64,000 bases of DNA from Planctomycetia bacterium. GTDB taxonomy: Bacteria; Planctomycetota; Planctomycetia; Pirellulales; UBA1268. Below are positions 1-9,276 of this stretch, piece by piece. Numbering within the stretch: position 1 is the first letter of the stretch; each line of letters opens with the position of its first letter. The translations under genes were made by a program, and so were the position numbers. Where the stretch lies: NCBI GenBank assembly GCA_046343855.1, contig JBKDMX010000046.1:4483-68482 (forward strand), given 5' to 3'. A model generated the notes under the pieces. That model was not told the DNA's origin and did not search any database. It saw nothing but the letters and a program-made list of their open reading frames with translations.

Positions 1-46
1 ACCGAGTCCTCGAGGGCCACCGCGAGGCGACTTCTGCCGTTCCGGC
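1..46 (+). repeat. family B core, partial copy at window edge
   Basis: ACCGAGTCCTCGAGGGCCACCGCGAGGCGACTTCTGCCGTTCCGGC matches the 3' half of the other B cores. Confidence 0.75.
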
Positions 47-81
47 GGCAATCCGCGCGGCCTCGAGATGACAAGACCATC

Positions 82-1761
82 CTAGTGCCTGAAGTGCCGG
101 CGCGACGTGAACACCATCGGGATCCCCGCCGCGTCGGCCGCAGCGATCACTTCGGCATCGCGTTTCGAGCCGCCCGGCTGGATGATCGCCGCGATGCCGG
201 CCCGCTTGATGAGTTCGATCGAGTCGGGGAACGGGAAGAAGGCGTCGGAGGCGAGCACGCCCCCCTTGGCCCGATCGCCCGCCTTCTCCAGCGCGATCCG
301 CGTCGCATCGACGCGGCTCGTCTGGCCGATGCCGGCGCCCACGAGGCTCGTGCCCTGGCAGACGGCGATCGCGTTGCTCGTGAGCCGGCGCACCATCGTG
401 AACGCGAAGTCGAGCGGCTGCGTGAGGGCGGGCGACGGGGCCGTCTTCGTGACTACCTTCCAGGCGGCGGGGTCGTCGCAGAGCACGTCGGGCCGCTGGG
501 CGAGGATCGCGCCGGCGATGCTCCGCAGTTCCATGCCCCCGGTCGCCTCCCACGGATCGCCCGGCGGCACCTCGACGAGCCGCACGCTCGCCTTCCAGGT
601 GGGCTTCGTCGTGAGCAAGTCGACGGCCGACTGCTCGAAGGCCGGGGCCGCGATCACCTCGACGAAGAGCCCCGGCGCGAGGAGCAACTCGGCGCAGGCC
701 CGGTCGAACGTGCGGTTGACCGCGACGATCGACCCGAAGGCGCTCGTCGGATCGGCCGCCATCGCCGTGGCGAGCGCCTCGGTCACCGTCACGGCGCTGG
801 CTGCGCCGCAGGGATTCGTGTGCTTGACGACGACGGCCGCCGGCTCTTCGATGAGCCCGGCGAGCCGCGTGGCGCCGTCGAGATCGAGCAGGTTGTTGTA
901 GGAGAGCTCCTTGCCGCAGAGCTGCTTGAGCCCCGCGAGGCCGAGGTGCGAGCCGACGGGGGCATACATTGCCGCCGACTGGTGCGGATTCTCGCCGTAG
1001 CGCAGCGGCAGCCGCTGCTCGAGATCGAGCGAGAACCGGGCCGCGAGCGGCGGGGCATCGGCCGCATCGCCGTCGCGGCCAGGCGCAGTCGGCTTGCCCG
1101 GCGTGGCCACGAGCCCGGCATGGCGGGCCATCCACCGCGAGATCACGGCGTCGTAGCCTGCCGTGTGCTCGAAGGCCCGCGCCGCGAACAGCCGCCGCTC
1201 GGCGAGCGTGGTGCCGCCGCGTTCGAGGGCGGCGACAAAATCGTCGTATTGGTCGGGGCTCGTCACCACCGCCGTGAAGGCATGGTTCTTGGCGGCCGCC
1301 CGCACGAGGCTCGGGCCCCCGATGTCGATCAGCTCGATCGCCTCGGCGGGCTGGCAGTCGGGCTTGGCGATCACGCTCTCGAAGGCGTAGAGATTCACGA
1401 TCACGGCGTCGAACCGCTCGATGCCATGATCGGTGAGCACGGCGAGGTCGTCGGGCCGGTCGCCGCGGGCGAGGATGCCGGCGAAAATGTTGGGGTGAAG
1501 CGTCTTCACGCGGCCGTCGAGCACCTCGGGGAAGCCGGTGATCGCGGAGACGTCTTCGACGGCGACGCCGTGGCTGGCCAGCGCCGTGCTCGTGCCGCCG
1601 GTGCTGGCGACCTTCACGCCCGCCTTCTTGAGGGCGGCGGCGAGGCGGTCGATTCCGGTCTTGTCGAACACGCTGACGAGCACCCGCCGGATCGGCACGA
1701 CGTCGATGGCTGGGGTGGTGGCCTTGTGGCCGCCGTGGTGGGCTGTGTGTGTGGGATTCAT
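82..1761 (-). CDS. purH: bifunctional AICAR formyltransferase / IMP cyclohydrolase
   Basis: C-terminal 559 aa of ORF 82..3180(-). ATG at 1761 (MNPTHTAHH...). MGS-like N-domain (VLVSVFDKTG, GGTSTAL) and AICARFT domain ending MVFTSRRHFRH. The rest of the ORF is an Arg/Ala-rich artefact. Confidence 0.93.
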   Translation of the reverse strand: MNPTHTAHHGGHKATTPAIDVVPIRRVLVSVFDKTGIDRLAAALKKAGVKVASTGGTSTALASHGVAVEDVSAITGFPEVLDGRVKTLHPNIFAGILARGDRPDDLAVLTDHGIERFDAVIVNLYAFESVIAKPDCQPAEAIELIDIGGPSLVRAAAKNHAFTAVVTSPDQYDDFVAALERGGTTLAERRLFAARAFEHTAGYDAVISRWMARHAGLVATPGKPTAPGRDGDAADAPPLAARFSLDLEQRLPLRYGENPHQSAAMYAPVGSHLGLAGLKQLCGKELSYNNLLDLDGATRLAGLIEEPAAVVVKHTNPCGAASAVTVTEALATAMAADPTSAFGSIVAVNRTFDRACAELLLAPGLFVEVIAAPAFEQSAVDLLTTKPTWKASVRLVEVPPGDPWEATGGMELRSIAGAILAQRPDVLCDDPAAWKVVTKTAPSPALTQPLDFAFTMVRRLTSNAIAVCQGTSLVGAGIGQTSRVDATRIALEKAGDRAKGGVLASDAFFPFPDSIELIKRAGIAAIIQPGGSKRDAEVIAAADAAGIPMVFTSRRHFRH

Positions 1762-1805
1762 GCCCCGATTAGACCAGCCTCGCACCCCGACGGAAGCCCG
1801 CGCGA

Positions 1806-2717
1806 CTAGGCCGCCGGGATCTCTACTTCCATGATCGTGCCGCGGTCGGGCAGGCGGCCCCTGACCGTCACCTTGCCGCGCAGCTGCTTCACGAGCGACC
1901 GCACGAGAAACAGGCCGAGGCCGGTGCCGGGGGTCGAACGCTCGAGCTCGCTCCCCAGCCGCGTGAACCGGCGAAACACGTTGGTTCGCTGCGAGACCGG
2001 GATGCCGGGGCCGTTGTCGGACACGAGGACGACCACCCTGCCCTGCGCTGTGGCCTGCGCCGTCACCTCGACGATCGGCTCGGGCAGCGAATACTTCACC
2101 GCATTGTCGACGAGATTGCGAAACACGATCTCGAGATCGGCCTCGCGGCCGCGGACCCGCAGGCCGGCATCGCAGTCGAGCCGCACGCTCCCCTCGGGCA
2201 CGCCATACCGCCGCACGGCATTCGCGCAGGCCCTCACGAGCACCGGCTCGAGCGCCGCGGTCTCCGTCGCCTGTGCCGGCCGGCGTTGCAGCGTCTTGGC
2301 GGCGTCGAGCAGGTGATCGATGAGCGTGTCGAGCCGCTCCACGTCTTGCAGCATGAAGCGGTGGAAGTCGGCCTGCTGCTCGGGCGAGACGGGCCGGCGC
2401 GTGAGCGTCTGCAGATAGAGCTTCAGCGAGGCGAGCGGGCTCTTGAGCTCGTGCGTGACGCTGTCGATGAAGTTGCTCTGCCGCTGCGAGAGCGCGATCG
2501 CCTTCACCGTGAGCGCGAGGTAGACGATCACCCCCACGAGCACGAGCACGAGCAGGGCCACGCCGACCCCAAGGACCGCATAGTAGAAGGCCGCGTTCTC
2601 CGAGCCGAGCGCGGCGGCGATGCTCACGAGCACCCAGCCCACGCCGAGCGCGATGATCGACCCGATGAGCACGACGCCCAGCAGGATCGGCCAGCCGAGC
2701 GAGCGGCGAGGTTCCAC
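1806..2717 (-). CDS. membrane sensor histidine kinase (two TM helices, no obvious sensor domain)
   Basis: GTG start at 2717. Two N-terminal hydrophobic helices, H-box SVTHELKSPL, HATPase boxes (DNAVKYS, DNGPGI, GTGLGL). No response regulator adjacent. Confidence 0.85.
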   Translation of the reverse strand: MEPRRSLGWPILLGVVLIGSIIALGVGWVLVSIAAALGSENAAFYYAVLGVGVALLVLVLVGVIVYLALTVKAIALSQRQSNFIDSVTHELKSPLASLKLYLQTLTRRPVSPEQQADFHRFMLQDVERLDTLIDHLLDAAKTLQRRPAQATETAALEPVLVRACANAVRRYGVPEGSVRLDCDAGLRVRGREADLEIVFRNLVDNAVKYSLPEPIVEVTAQATAQGRVVVLVSDNGPGIPVSQRTNVFRRFTRLGSELERSTPGTGLGLFLVRSLVKQLRGKVTVRGRLPDRGTIMEVEIPAA

Positions 2718-2823
2718 GAGCAGGCTCCGTATCGAAAGGGAAACGACGAGCGTATGCTACCTCCGCCGCCCCCGCGGCGCTCGAGCACGAGCCCACCGCC
2801 CTCATCCCACGGCGTTTCTTCCG

Positions 2824-3321
2824 ATGGCCGCCTCCCTGCCCCACGCCCCGCTCACGCTCGCCATCGGGCCGGTGACGGTCGCCTTCTCCTGGGCGCACGA
2901 CCGTTGGTCGCACCGCGTGACGCTCCGCGACGGCCGCACGTGGCAATCGATCGAGGGGCCGCCGGCCGACGGCGACCCACGCTGGCCGGCCTCCCCCGTA
3001 ATCGTGGAACTCTCGCGGCTCCAGACGCCGCGCGGCGATGCCGTCCTCGGCGTGGGGCTCGCCGGCCGGTCGCATTTCTCGGCATGCGTCGGCCCGGATC
3101 CCCACGATCCGGACCGAGCCCTCTTCGAAATCGCCTGCCGATCGAACGAGCCACCCGTCTGGCTGGGATCGACCTACCACGGTCCGGCCGGCCCCACGAC
3201 CATCGCGCCGCCGCTGGCCGGCCTCGCCCTGCCCGCGACGATCCAGTGGGGCTATGCTTTTTCTGGCCGGGGCCTGGTGCTCCTGCCTTGCGAACCCCCC
3301 CGCGATCGATCAGATTCTTAG
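2824..3321 (+). CDS. hypothetical protein
   Basis: ATG at 2824 inside ORF 2620..3321. Strong GC3 codon bias. Divergent from the kinase. No domain recognised. Confidence 0.4.
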   Translation: MAASLPHAPLTLAIGPVTVAFSWAHDRWSHRVTLRDGRTWQSIEGPPADGDPRWPASPVIVELSRLQTPRGDAVLGVGLAGRSHFSACVGPDPHDPDRALFEIACRSNEPPVWLGSTYHGPAGPTTIAPPLAGLALPATIQWGYAFSGRGLVLLPCEPPRDRSDS

Positions 3322-3366
3322 TCGCATTGGCTGGTTCGTCCCGGCGGAAATTCTTGGAACAGAGTC

Positions 3367-3972
3367 ATGTTTGACGTCATCGAGCGGCTGAAGTCCGAGT
3401 GGACCGACAAGTATGTCGTGATCGACTCCCCCGCCCCCGAACTCGCCCGGTTCGCCACGACGACCGGACAGGTGAAGACGGTCAACATGAATGGCCGCTG
3501 CCTGGTCGAGTTCGATCAATACAACAACATCGGCTGGTACGATATCGACCCCTCGGCGTTGAAGATCGTGCCGAAGCCGCTGCCCAAGCCGCCGGAAGAA
3601 AAGCCGGCCAAGGCGGCCGCGCCGGTGAAGCCCGCTGCGGAAAAGCCCGCCGCCAAGCCGGCCGCCGCCGGGAAACCCTCCACCGCCGACATCCTTGCCG
3701 CCGCGCGGGCGAAGTCGGGCGGCGCGGCAGCCCCGGCCAAGCCTGCCGCCGCCAAGCCTTCCACGGCGGAGATCCTCGCGGCAGCCCGCGCGAAGAAGGC
3801 TCCCGCCGAAGCCGCACCCGTCGCGGAGCCGGCAGCCGAAGAAGCCGAACCTGCCCCCGCAGTCGAGCCGCCCGTCGCTCCCAAAGTGAAGAAGGCGGCT
3901 GCGGGCGGATCGCAGCCAACCACGACGGCCGACAAAATCGCCTGGTGCCGGGCGAACGACGCGAAGGGCTGA
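3367..3972 (+). CDS. hypothetical protein with Ala/Pro/Lys-rich low-complexity region
   Basis: ATG at 3367. About 70-aa globular N-terminus, then an A/P/K-rich region with two copies of KPSTA[DE]ILAAARAK (nt 3673-3714 and 3754-3795). Confidence 0.6.
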   Translation: MFDVIERLKSEWTDKYVVIDSPAPELARFATTTGQVKTVNMNGRCLVEFDQYNNIGWYDIDPSALKIVPKPLPKPPEEKPAKAAAPVKPAAEKPAAKPAAAGKPSTADILAAARAKSGGAAAPAKPAAAKPSTAEILAAARAKKAPAEAAPVAEPAAEEAEPAPAVEPPVAPKVKKAAAGGSQPTTTADKIAWCRANDAKG

Positions 3973-4017
3973 TCGCCCCGAGCGTTCAGTCTTACCACCG
4001 TTCACGGAGGAACGACG

Positions 4018-4482
4018 ATGCTGCGAACCACCACGCTTCTCGCGGTGCTGCTCTGCCTCACCGGCTGCGGCCGGATCGCCAACCACCCGATCGTGGGCGT
4101 GGCGAAGGATGAGGTTTCGAAGAATTCCCGTGTCGTCGAGCTGCTCGGCGGGCCGATCGAATTCAGCCCCACTGTCAACGGCCGCGCTAACGAGACCGAC
4201 GGCATCGCGGCGATGCAGTTCGAGGCCAAGGGCCCGAAAGGCGTCGGGCTCGTCGTCGTGGAGGGAAAGAAGCTCGGACAGGAATGGGGCGTGACGCTGC
4301 TCGAAGTGAGACCCGCCGGCGGTGGCGATCACCTCCACCTCACAGCCGATCTCGTGGAACGCACCGGCACCGACACGCCGAAGTTCGATCCCTCGGCCGC
4401 TGCCAACGCGCCGACCACGCCATCAGCCCCCCCGCCGGGCGATATCGAGATCGCGCTGCCCCCGGGCGGCCCGACGCCGTAG
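4018..4482 (+). CDS. lipoprotein, function unknown (Coa1-like small domain, tentative)
   Basis: GGAGG RBS at 4006-4010, ATG at 4018, lipobox LLCLTGC. Pro-rich C-terminal tail. Confidence 0.6.
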   Translation: MLRTTTLLAVLLCLTGCGRIANHPIVGVAKDEVSKNSRVVELLGGPIEFSPTVNGRANETDGIAAMQFEAKGPKGVGLVVVEGKKLGQEWGVTLLEVRPAGGGDHLHLTADLVERTGTDTPKFDPSAAANAPTTPSAPPPGDIEIALPPGGPTP

Positions 4483-4557
4483 CGGCGCGAAGCTGCGCCG
4501 ATCCTGCCGGCAAAAATGCCCGACATTTCGGAATTTTTTCGCGGTCACGCCAAATGT

Positions 4558-4585
4558 TTGACTCGCGCAAGCGAGGGTCCATAAT
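4558..4585 (+). promoter_or_regulatory. near-consensus sigma70-type promoter
   Basis: TTGACT (4558-4563), 16 nt, CATAAT (4580-4585). T-rich tract GAATTTTTTC at 4531-4540. Confidence 0.5.
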
Positions 4586-4797
4586 GGCCTCGTCCTGTTC
4601 GACCTGCCTCCCGCCGCGGCGCCCTCGGCCGTCCCATCCGCGGGTTGCATGACGACGCGTCCGTTCCCCCGGCCGCGCTCGTGCTCGACATGCATGTTGA
4701 ATCGACGACCGGAAACAAAAGCCCAGAGGTTCGGGATCGCCCCGCCGCCTTGATGGGTGAAGGAATCCACTTTTTAACCAGGAGTTGTTTCGTTCCG

Positions 4798-5019
4798 ATG
4801 GCTCGCATCCGCAACGTCTTCGAAATCATTGAACTCTACGGCCACGACGAGAATTTCGAGCCCCATACGACGCCTGAGTTCGTCCCCACCACGGCGCCCG
4901 CGGGCTCCAGGCAGAAGCTCGACATCCTCGCCGAGCGGATCCAGCGCGGTATGCCCCTGTGGCACCCCGAAGATTCGACCGAATCGTCCGGCGCGCTCGT
5001 CGGCGCCAGCGAAGCCTGA
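4798..5019 (+). CDS. small hypothetical protein (73 aa)
   Basis: Internal ATG at 4798 of ORF 4645..5019, preceded by AGGAG (4780-4784). Coding-like GC3. Hairpin terminator downstream. Confidence 0.4.
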   Translation: MARIRNVFEIIELYGHDENFEPHTTPEFVPTTAPAGSRQKLDILAERIQRGMPLWHPEDSTESSGALVGASEA

Positions 5020-5062
5020 CGGCTACGGTCGGCGTCGTGAGCCGCCGTCCGACTGAACCAAT

Positions 5063-5596
5063 TCATCGCCCTCCGCGGCCTCGGCCGCGGAGGGCGATTT
5101 CAATATCACGCTTCGCCGAGTCGGCCTTGAGCTTCTGCCGCTTGTCGTGAGCCTTTCGGCCCCGGCCGATCCCCATGAGCACTTTCACGCGTCCGTTCTT
5201 GAAATACATCTTCAGGGGCACGAGCGTGAGCCCCTTCTCGTAGGCCTGCGCGGCGAACTTCTTGATCTCGCGGCGGTGCAGCAGGAGCTTTCGCGGCCGC
5301 TTCGGCTTGTGGTTGAGCTGGTTGGCCTTCTCGTATTCGGGGATGTCGCAGCCGAGCAGCCAGGCCTCGTCCCCCTCCACGCGGCCGTAGGCCTCGTCGA
5401 GCGACATCCGCCCCACCCGCAGGCTCTTCACCTCGCTGCCCACCAGCGCGATCCCGCACTCGAGCGTGTCGAGGATCTCGTATTCGTGCCGGGCCTTGCG
5501 GTTTTCGGCGACGACCTTTTCGGCCGGCTTGTCGTCGGCCTTGGCCTTGCCGGACGGCTTGCCAGTCTGGGACTTGGTGGGTTTGGGGGCGGCCAC
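5063..5596 (-). CDS. smpB: SsrA-binding protein (trans-translation)
   Basis: GTG start at 5596. NRKARHEYEILDTLECGIALVGSEVKSLR and the HKPKRPRKLLLHRREI motif are typical of SmpB. Lys-rich N-terminal extension. Confidence 0.93.
   Translation of the reverse strand: MAAPKPTKSQTGKPSGKAKADDKPAEKVVAENRKARHEYEILDTLECGIALVGSEVKSLRVGRMSLDEAYGRVEGDEAWLLGCDIPEYEKANQLNHKPKRPRKLLLHRREIKKFAAQAYEKGLTLVPLKMYFKNGRVKVLMGIGRGRKAHDKRQKLKADSAKRDIEIALRGRGRGGR
5066..5100 (+). terminator. hairpin plus short T-run downstream of the 73-aa ORF (overlaps smpB 3' end on the other strand)
   Basis: TCGCCCTCCGCGGCC-TC-GGCCGCGGAGGGCGA, a perfect 15-bp stem, then TTT. Confidence 0.45.
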
Positions 5597-5698
5597 GGAT
5601 TGCGTGCTCGTGTGTGGGCAGGGCGTCCTCGAACAGATTACACTTTACGGTCTCGTGGCTCTCGGCCGCCCATTCTCCTTCCGCCTTTTGGAGCGCCC

Positions 5699-6907
5699 AT
5701 GCCGATCTTCCGGCTTGCCCGCCTGCTGGTCACGGCCAGCGTCATGATGACATCGCTGACCCTGGCCCTCCCGACGAACGCAGCCGCCGACAGCCCGGGT
5801 TTCGTGGCGGGCGATGCGAAACCGGCCGGCGATGGCCCGGCGATCCAGGTGCCGGGCGGCTGGATGGTGGCCTACGACGAGACGATCCCCGGAACGGACG
5901 TGACGTTTCGGATGATTCCCGTGCCGGGCGGTACGTTCCGCATGGGAAGCCTCGATGGCGAGGCGGACCGGAAGTCCGACGAGGGGCCCGCGTTCGACGT
6001 GAACATCGCGCCCTTCTGGATGGGCAAGTGCGAGGTCTCCTGGCAGGAATACCGCGCCTACATGGCAGCCTGCGATCTCTTCAAGTCGCTGCAGGCGGCC
6101 GGAAAGCGGGTGGTCACCGACGCCAACAAGGCCGACGCGATCACCGCCCCCTCGTCGCTCTACGATCCGACGATGACGTTCACCAACGGCGAAGACCCGC
6201 AGCAGCCGGCGGTCACGATGTCGCAGTTTGCCGCCCGCCAATACACCGGCTGGCTCAGCAGCCTCACGTCGAGGTTCTACCGGCTGCCGAGCGAGAGCGA
6301 ATGGGAGTATGCCTGCCGCGCGGGCACGACCACGCCCTGGTCGAGCGGCGCCGACGCCGCGTCGCTCGCCGACGTCGCCTGGTTCGCCGACACCTCGGAG
6401 GAGACCACGCACGGCGTCGGCACGAAGAAGCCCAACGCCTTCGGCCTGCACGACATGCACGGCAACGTGGCCGAGTGGGTGGTCGATGAACTCGTGGATG
6501 GCGGCTATGCCGGGCAGGCCGCGCTGCCGCAGCCGGTGGCCGCGGCGGCCGCAATCCAGTGGCCGAAGAGGCTCTCGCCGCGAATCGTCCGCGGCGGTGC
6601 GTATTACGACGAGCCCGCGCAGTGCCGCAGTGCCGCCCGCCGCGGCTCCGACGACGTGGCCTGGAAGGACGTCGATCCGAATTTCCCGAAGAGCCCGTGG
6701 TGGTACACGGAAGAACCGGCCCTCGGCGTCGGCATGCGGATCGTGCGGCCGCTCGAGGAGCCGGCCATGGCCGACCGCCGCCGCTGGTGGGATGCCGACA
6801 TCGACAGCATCCGCGACGACGTCGAGAGCCGGATGAACGAAGGCCGCGGCGCCCGGGCCATCATCGACCCCCAGTTGCCGGCCGACGCCAGGGAAGCCGG
6901 TCTCTAA
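5699..6907 (+). CDS. secreted formylglycine-generating-enzyme (SUMF1/FGE-sulfatase) family protein
   Basis: ATG at 5699 inside ORF 5147..6907. Signal peptide. GGTFRMGS, RLPSESEWEYACRAGTTT, GLHDMHGNVAEWV, RGGAY motifs. Confidence 0.85.
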   Translation: MPIFRLARLLVTASVMMTSLTLALPTNAAADSPGFVAGDAKPAGDGPAIQVPGGWMVAYDETIPGTDVTFRMIPVPGGTFRMGSLDGEADRKSDEGPAFDVNIAPFWMGKCEVSWQEYRAYMAACDLFKSLQAAGKRVVTDANKADAITAPSSLYDPTMTFTNGEDPQQPAVTMSQFAARQYTGWLSSLTSRFYRLPSESEWEYACRAGTTTPWSSGADAASLADVAWFADTSEETTHGVGTKKPNAFGLHDMHGNVAEWVVDELVDGGYAGQAALPQPVAAAAAIQWPKRLSPRIVRGGAYYDEPAQCRSAARRGSDDVAWKDVDPNFPKSPWWYTEEPALGVGMRIVRPLEEPAMADRRRWWDADIDSIRDDVESRMNEGRGARAIIDPQLPADAREAGL

Positions 6908-6933
6908 CGCTCGCGACGAAGGAGCAACGCGTG

Positions 6934-9276
6934 ATGTTCAGCCGCGGTGTGATGGTGTGCGCGGTCGCCCTGACCGGCGCGATCGGCGGCGGATGGAGCG
7001 AGGCCGCCGACTGGCCCGACTGGCGCGGGCCGCAGCAAAACCGCCACTACGACGGCCCGCCGCTCGTCACGTCGTTCGATCCGGAAAAGGACACGAACGT
7101 CGTCTGGAAGAACGACGAATCCGGCGGGATCTCCACGCCGGTGATCATGGGCGGAAAACTCTTCACGCTCGTGCGGCACAAGCCAGGCACGCAGGAGGAG
7201 GCCGAGAAGGTGCTCTGCCTCGACGCCGCCACGGGCCAGAAACTCTGGGAGAACGTGTTCAACGTCTATCTCTCCGACGTGCCGGCCGAGCGGGTCGGCT
7301 GGTCGGCCGTCGTGGCCGATCCTGAAAGCAACACCGTCTTCGCCCACGGCGTCTGCGGCGCGTTCACGGCGATCGACGCAGCGACGGGCACGACGAAGTG
7401 GCAGCGGTCGCTGCACGAGGAGTTTGGTTTTCTTTCCACCTACGGCGGCCGGACGAACATCCCCGTCGTGTTCGAGGATCTGGTCATCGCCAGCGCCGTC
7501 GTAACGGGTTGGGGCGACACGGCCCGGCCGGCGCATCGCTTCCTCGGCATGGACAAGGCGACTGGCGCGGTCCGCTGGATGAACGGCACGAAGGAACTGC
7601 CGGAAGACACGACCTACAGCACGCCGTCGCTCGCCGAGTTCGGCGGGCAGGCCGCGCTCGTCTTCGGATCGAGCGACGGGAGCGTGTGGAACTTCCAGCC
7701 GCGCACTGGCAAGGCCATCTGGAACTTCAAGCTCTCGCGCCGCGGCATCAACACGCCGCCGCTCGTGGATGGCGACACCGTGATCATCTCGCAGTCGGAG
7801 GAGAACCTCGACAACACGTCGATGGGCTCGGCCACCGTGTTCAAGGCGGCCGGAGCCGGCGACATCACGGCCACGGCCGCCGTCTGGCAGAAGAAGGGCA
7901 TCATGGACGGCCGCGCGATGCCGGTGGTGCTCGGCGAGCGGGTGTATTTCATCGACGATGGCGCGAAGGTCTACGCCTTCGACAAGTCGACGGGCACGGC
8001 CGTGGGCCGGCCGCAGAAACTCCTCGGCACGATCGTCCGCGGCAGCCCGCTCGTGGCCGACGGCAGGCTCTACGTCTGCTCCACGAGCGGGTGGCATGTG
8101 CTCGAGCCGACGGCCGACGGCGTGAAGTTCGTGAACCGCATGCGGCTCGACGAGGACGACGAGGTCACCGCCTCGCCGATCGCCGCGAACGGCCTCCTCT
8201 ATCTCACGACCGGTGCCCGGCTCTATTGCCTGGGGTCACAAGCGGCGCCGGTCGCGAACGGCCCGGCGGCCTCGCGGGTGGAGGCCGTGTCGGCGGCGAC
8301 GAAGGGCCCGGCGGGCGAAGCGGCGTGGGTGCAGGTCGTCCCGGCCGAGGCCCAGATCGCCGCGGGCGAGACCGTGCAGCTGACGGCCCGCCTCTTCGAC
8401 GCTACGGGCCGGTTCGTGAAGGAATCGCCGGCGACGTTCACCGCGACGGCCGGCACGGTGTCGAGCGACGGCCGCTACACCGCCCCGGCCGGCCAGCATG
8501 CCGCCGCGATCGTCACCGCAAAGGTGGGCAGCCTCGAAGGCCGGGCTCGCATCCGCTCGATGCCGCCACTGCCCTGGACCTTCACCTTCGACGAGATCCC
8601 GTTGGGAAAGGATCCGAAGACGGGCGTGATGAAGGGGGAGCCACCACTACCCTGGATCGGAATGCGGTATCGGCATGCCGTCCGCGAGGTCGATGGCTCG
8701 AAGTGCCTCGTGAAGGTGACCACGATCCCGAAGGGTACGCGGAGCCAGGGCTGGATCGGCCCGATCGGGCTGCATGACTATTCCGTCCGGGCCGACTTCC
8801 GCGCCCAGGAGACGGGCGTGGGCAAGCCGGGCGATCCGGCCGCCGCCTCGGCGAAGACCGCCGATTCCGATGCCGACGCATTTCAAAAAGCCTTCGGCAA
8901 TCCGGCCGCGCTCGAGAAGGCCCGCATGCCCGACATGGGGCTCATTGCGCAGCGTTACACGCTGGACCTGATGGGCGCCGCGCAGCAATTGCAGCTGCGA
9001 TCGTGGCCGCCGCAGGTGGCGACCTACTTCTCAAAGACGATCCCGTTTCCGTGGGAGGCCGGCCGCTGGTACACGATGAAATTCGAGGCCCGCACCTCCG
9101 GCAAGGCGGCGATGCTCCGCGGCAAAGTCTGGCCGCGGGGCGAGCCGGAGCCAACGGCCTGGACGATCGAGGCTACGCACGAGGCGGGCAATCTGCAGGG
9201 CAGCCCCGGCTTCTTCGGCAACTCGAAAGACTCCGAGATCTACATCGACAACGTGTCCGTGGAGGCGGTGCAATGA
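6934..9276 (+). CDS. secreted PQQ-like beta-propeller repeat protein with Big_2-like and lectin-like C-terminal domains
   Basis: ATG at 6934 (GGAG at 6921). Signal peptide, then ADWPDWRGPQQNR, typical of BamB/PQQ-propeller proteins. Ig-like segment (VQLTARLFDATG). ORF 6559..9276. Confidence 0.8.
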   Translation: MFSRGVMVCAVALTGAIGGGWSEAADWPDWRGPQQNRHYDGPPLVTSFDPEKDTNVVWKNDESGGISTPVIMGGKLFTLVRHKPGTQEEAEKVLCLDAATGQKLWENVFNVYLSDVPAERVGWSAVVADPESNTVFAHGVCGAFTAIDAATGTTKWQRSLHEEFGFLSTYGGRTNIPVVFEDLVIASAVVTGWGDTARPAHRFLGMDKATGAVRWMNGTKELPEDTTYSTPSLAEFGGQAALVFGSSDGSVWNFQPRTGKAIWNFKLSRRGINTPPLVDGDTVIISQSEENLDNTSMGSATVFKAAGAGDITATAAVWQKKGIMDGRAMPVVLGERVYFIDDGAKVYAFDKSTGTAVGRPQKLLGTIVRGSPLVADGRLYVCSTSGWHVLEPTADGVKFVNRMRLDEDDEVTASPIAANGLLYLTTGARLYCLGSQAAPVANGPAASRVEAVSAATKGPAGEAAWVQVVPAEAQIAAGETVQLTARLFDATGRFVKESPATFTATAGTVSSDGRYTAPAGQHAAAIVTAKVGSLEGRARIRSMPPLPWTFTFDEIPLGKDPKTGVMKGEPPLPWIGMRYRHAVREVDGSKCLVKVTTIPKGTRSQGWIGPIGLHDYSVRADFRAQETGVGKPGDPAAASAKTADSDADAFQKAFGNPAALEKARMPDMGLIAQRYTLDLMGAAQQLQLRSWPPQVATYFSKTIPFPWEAGRWYTMKFEARTSGKAAMLRGKVWPRGEPEPTAWTIEATHEAGNLQGSPGFFGNSKDSEIYIDNVSVEAVQ

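Noticed and set aside
1762-3180. N-terminal 470 aa of the 1032-aa ORF 82..3180(-), which would make a giant purH fusion.
   Set aside because: It overlaps the histidine kinase gene in another frame, has Arg/Ala-rich composition, and purH homology begins at the internal ATG at 1761.
3310-4338. 342-aa ORF on the minus strand.
   Set aside because: It is antisense to the A/P/K-rich gene and the lipoprotein gene. The Gly/Arg-rich translation mirrors the low-complexity sense strand.
4720-4745. GGTTCGGGATCGCC, reminiscent of a tRNA or tmRNA T-arm, close to smpB.
   Set aside because: The flanks cannot form the T-stem or an acceptor stem, and there is no CCA-proximal structure or tag-like reading frame. 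I found no tRNA or tmRNA here.
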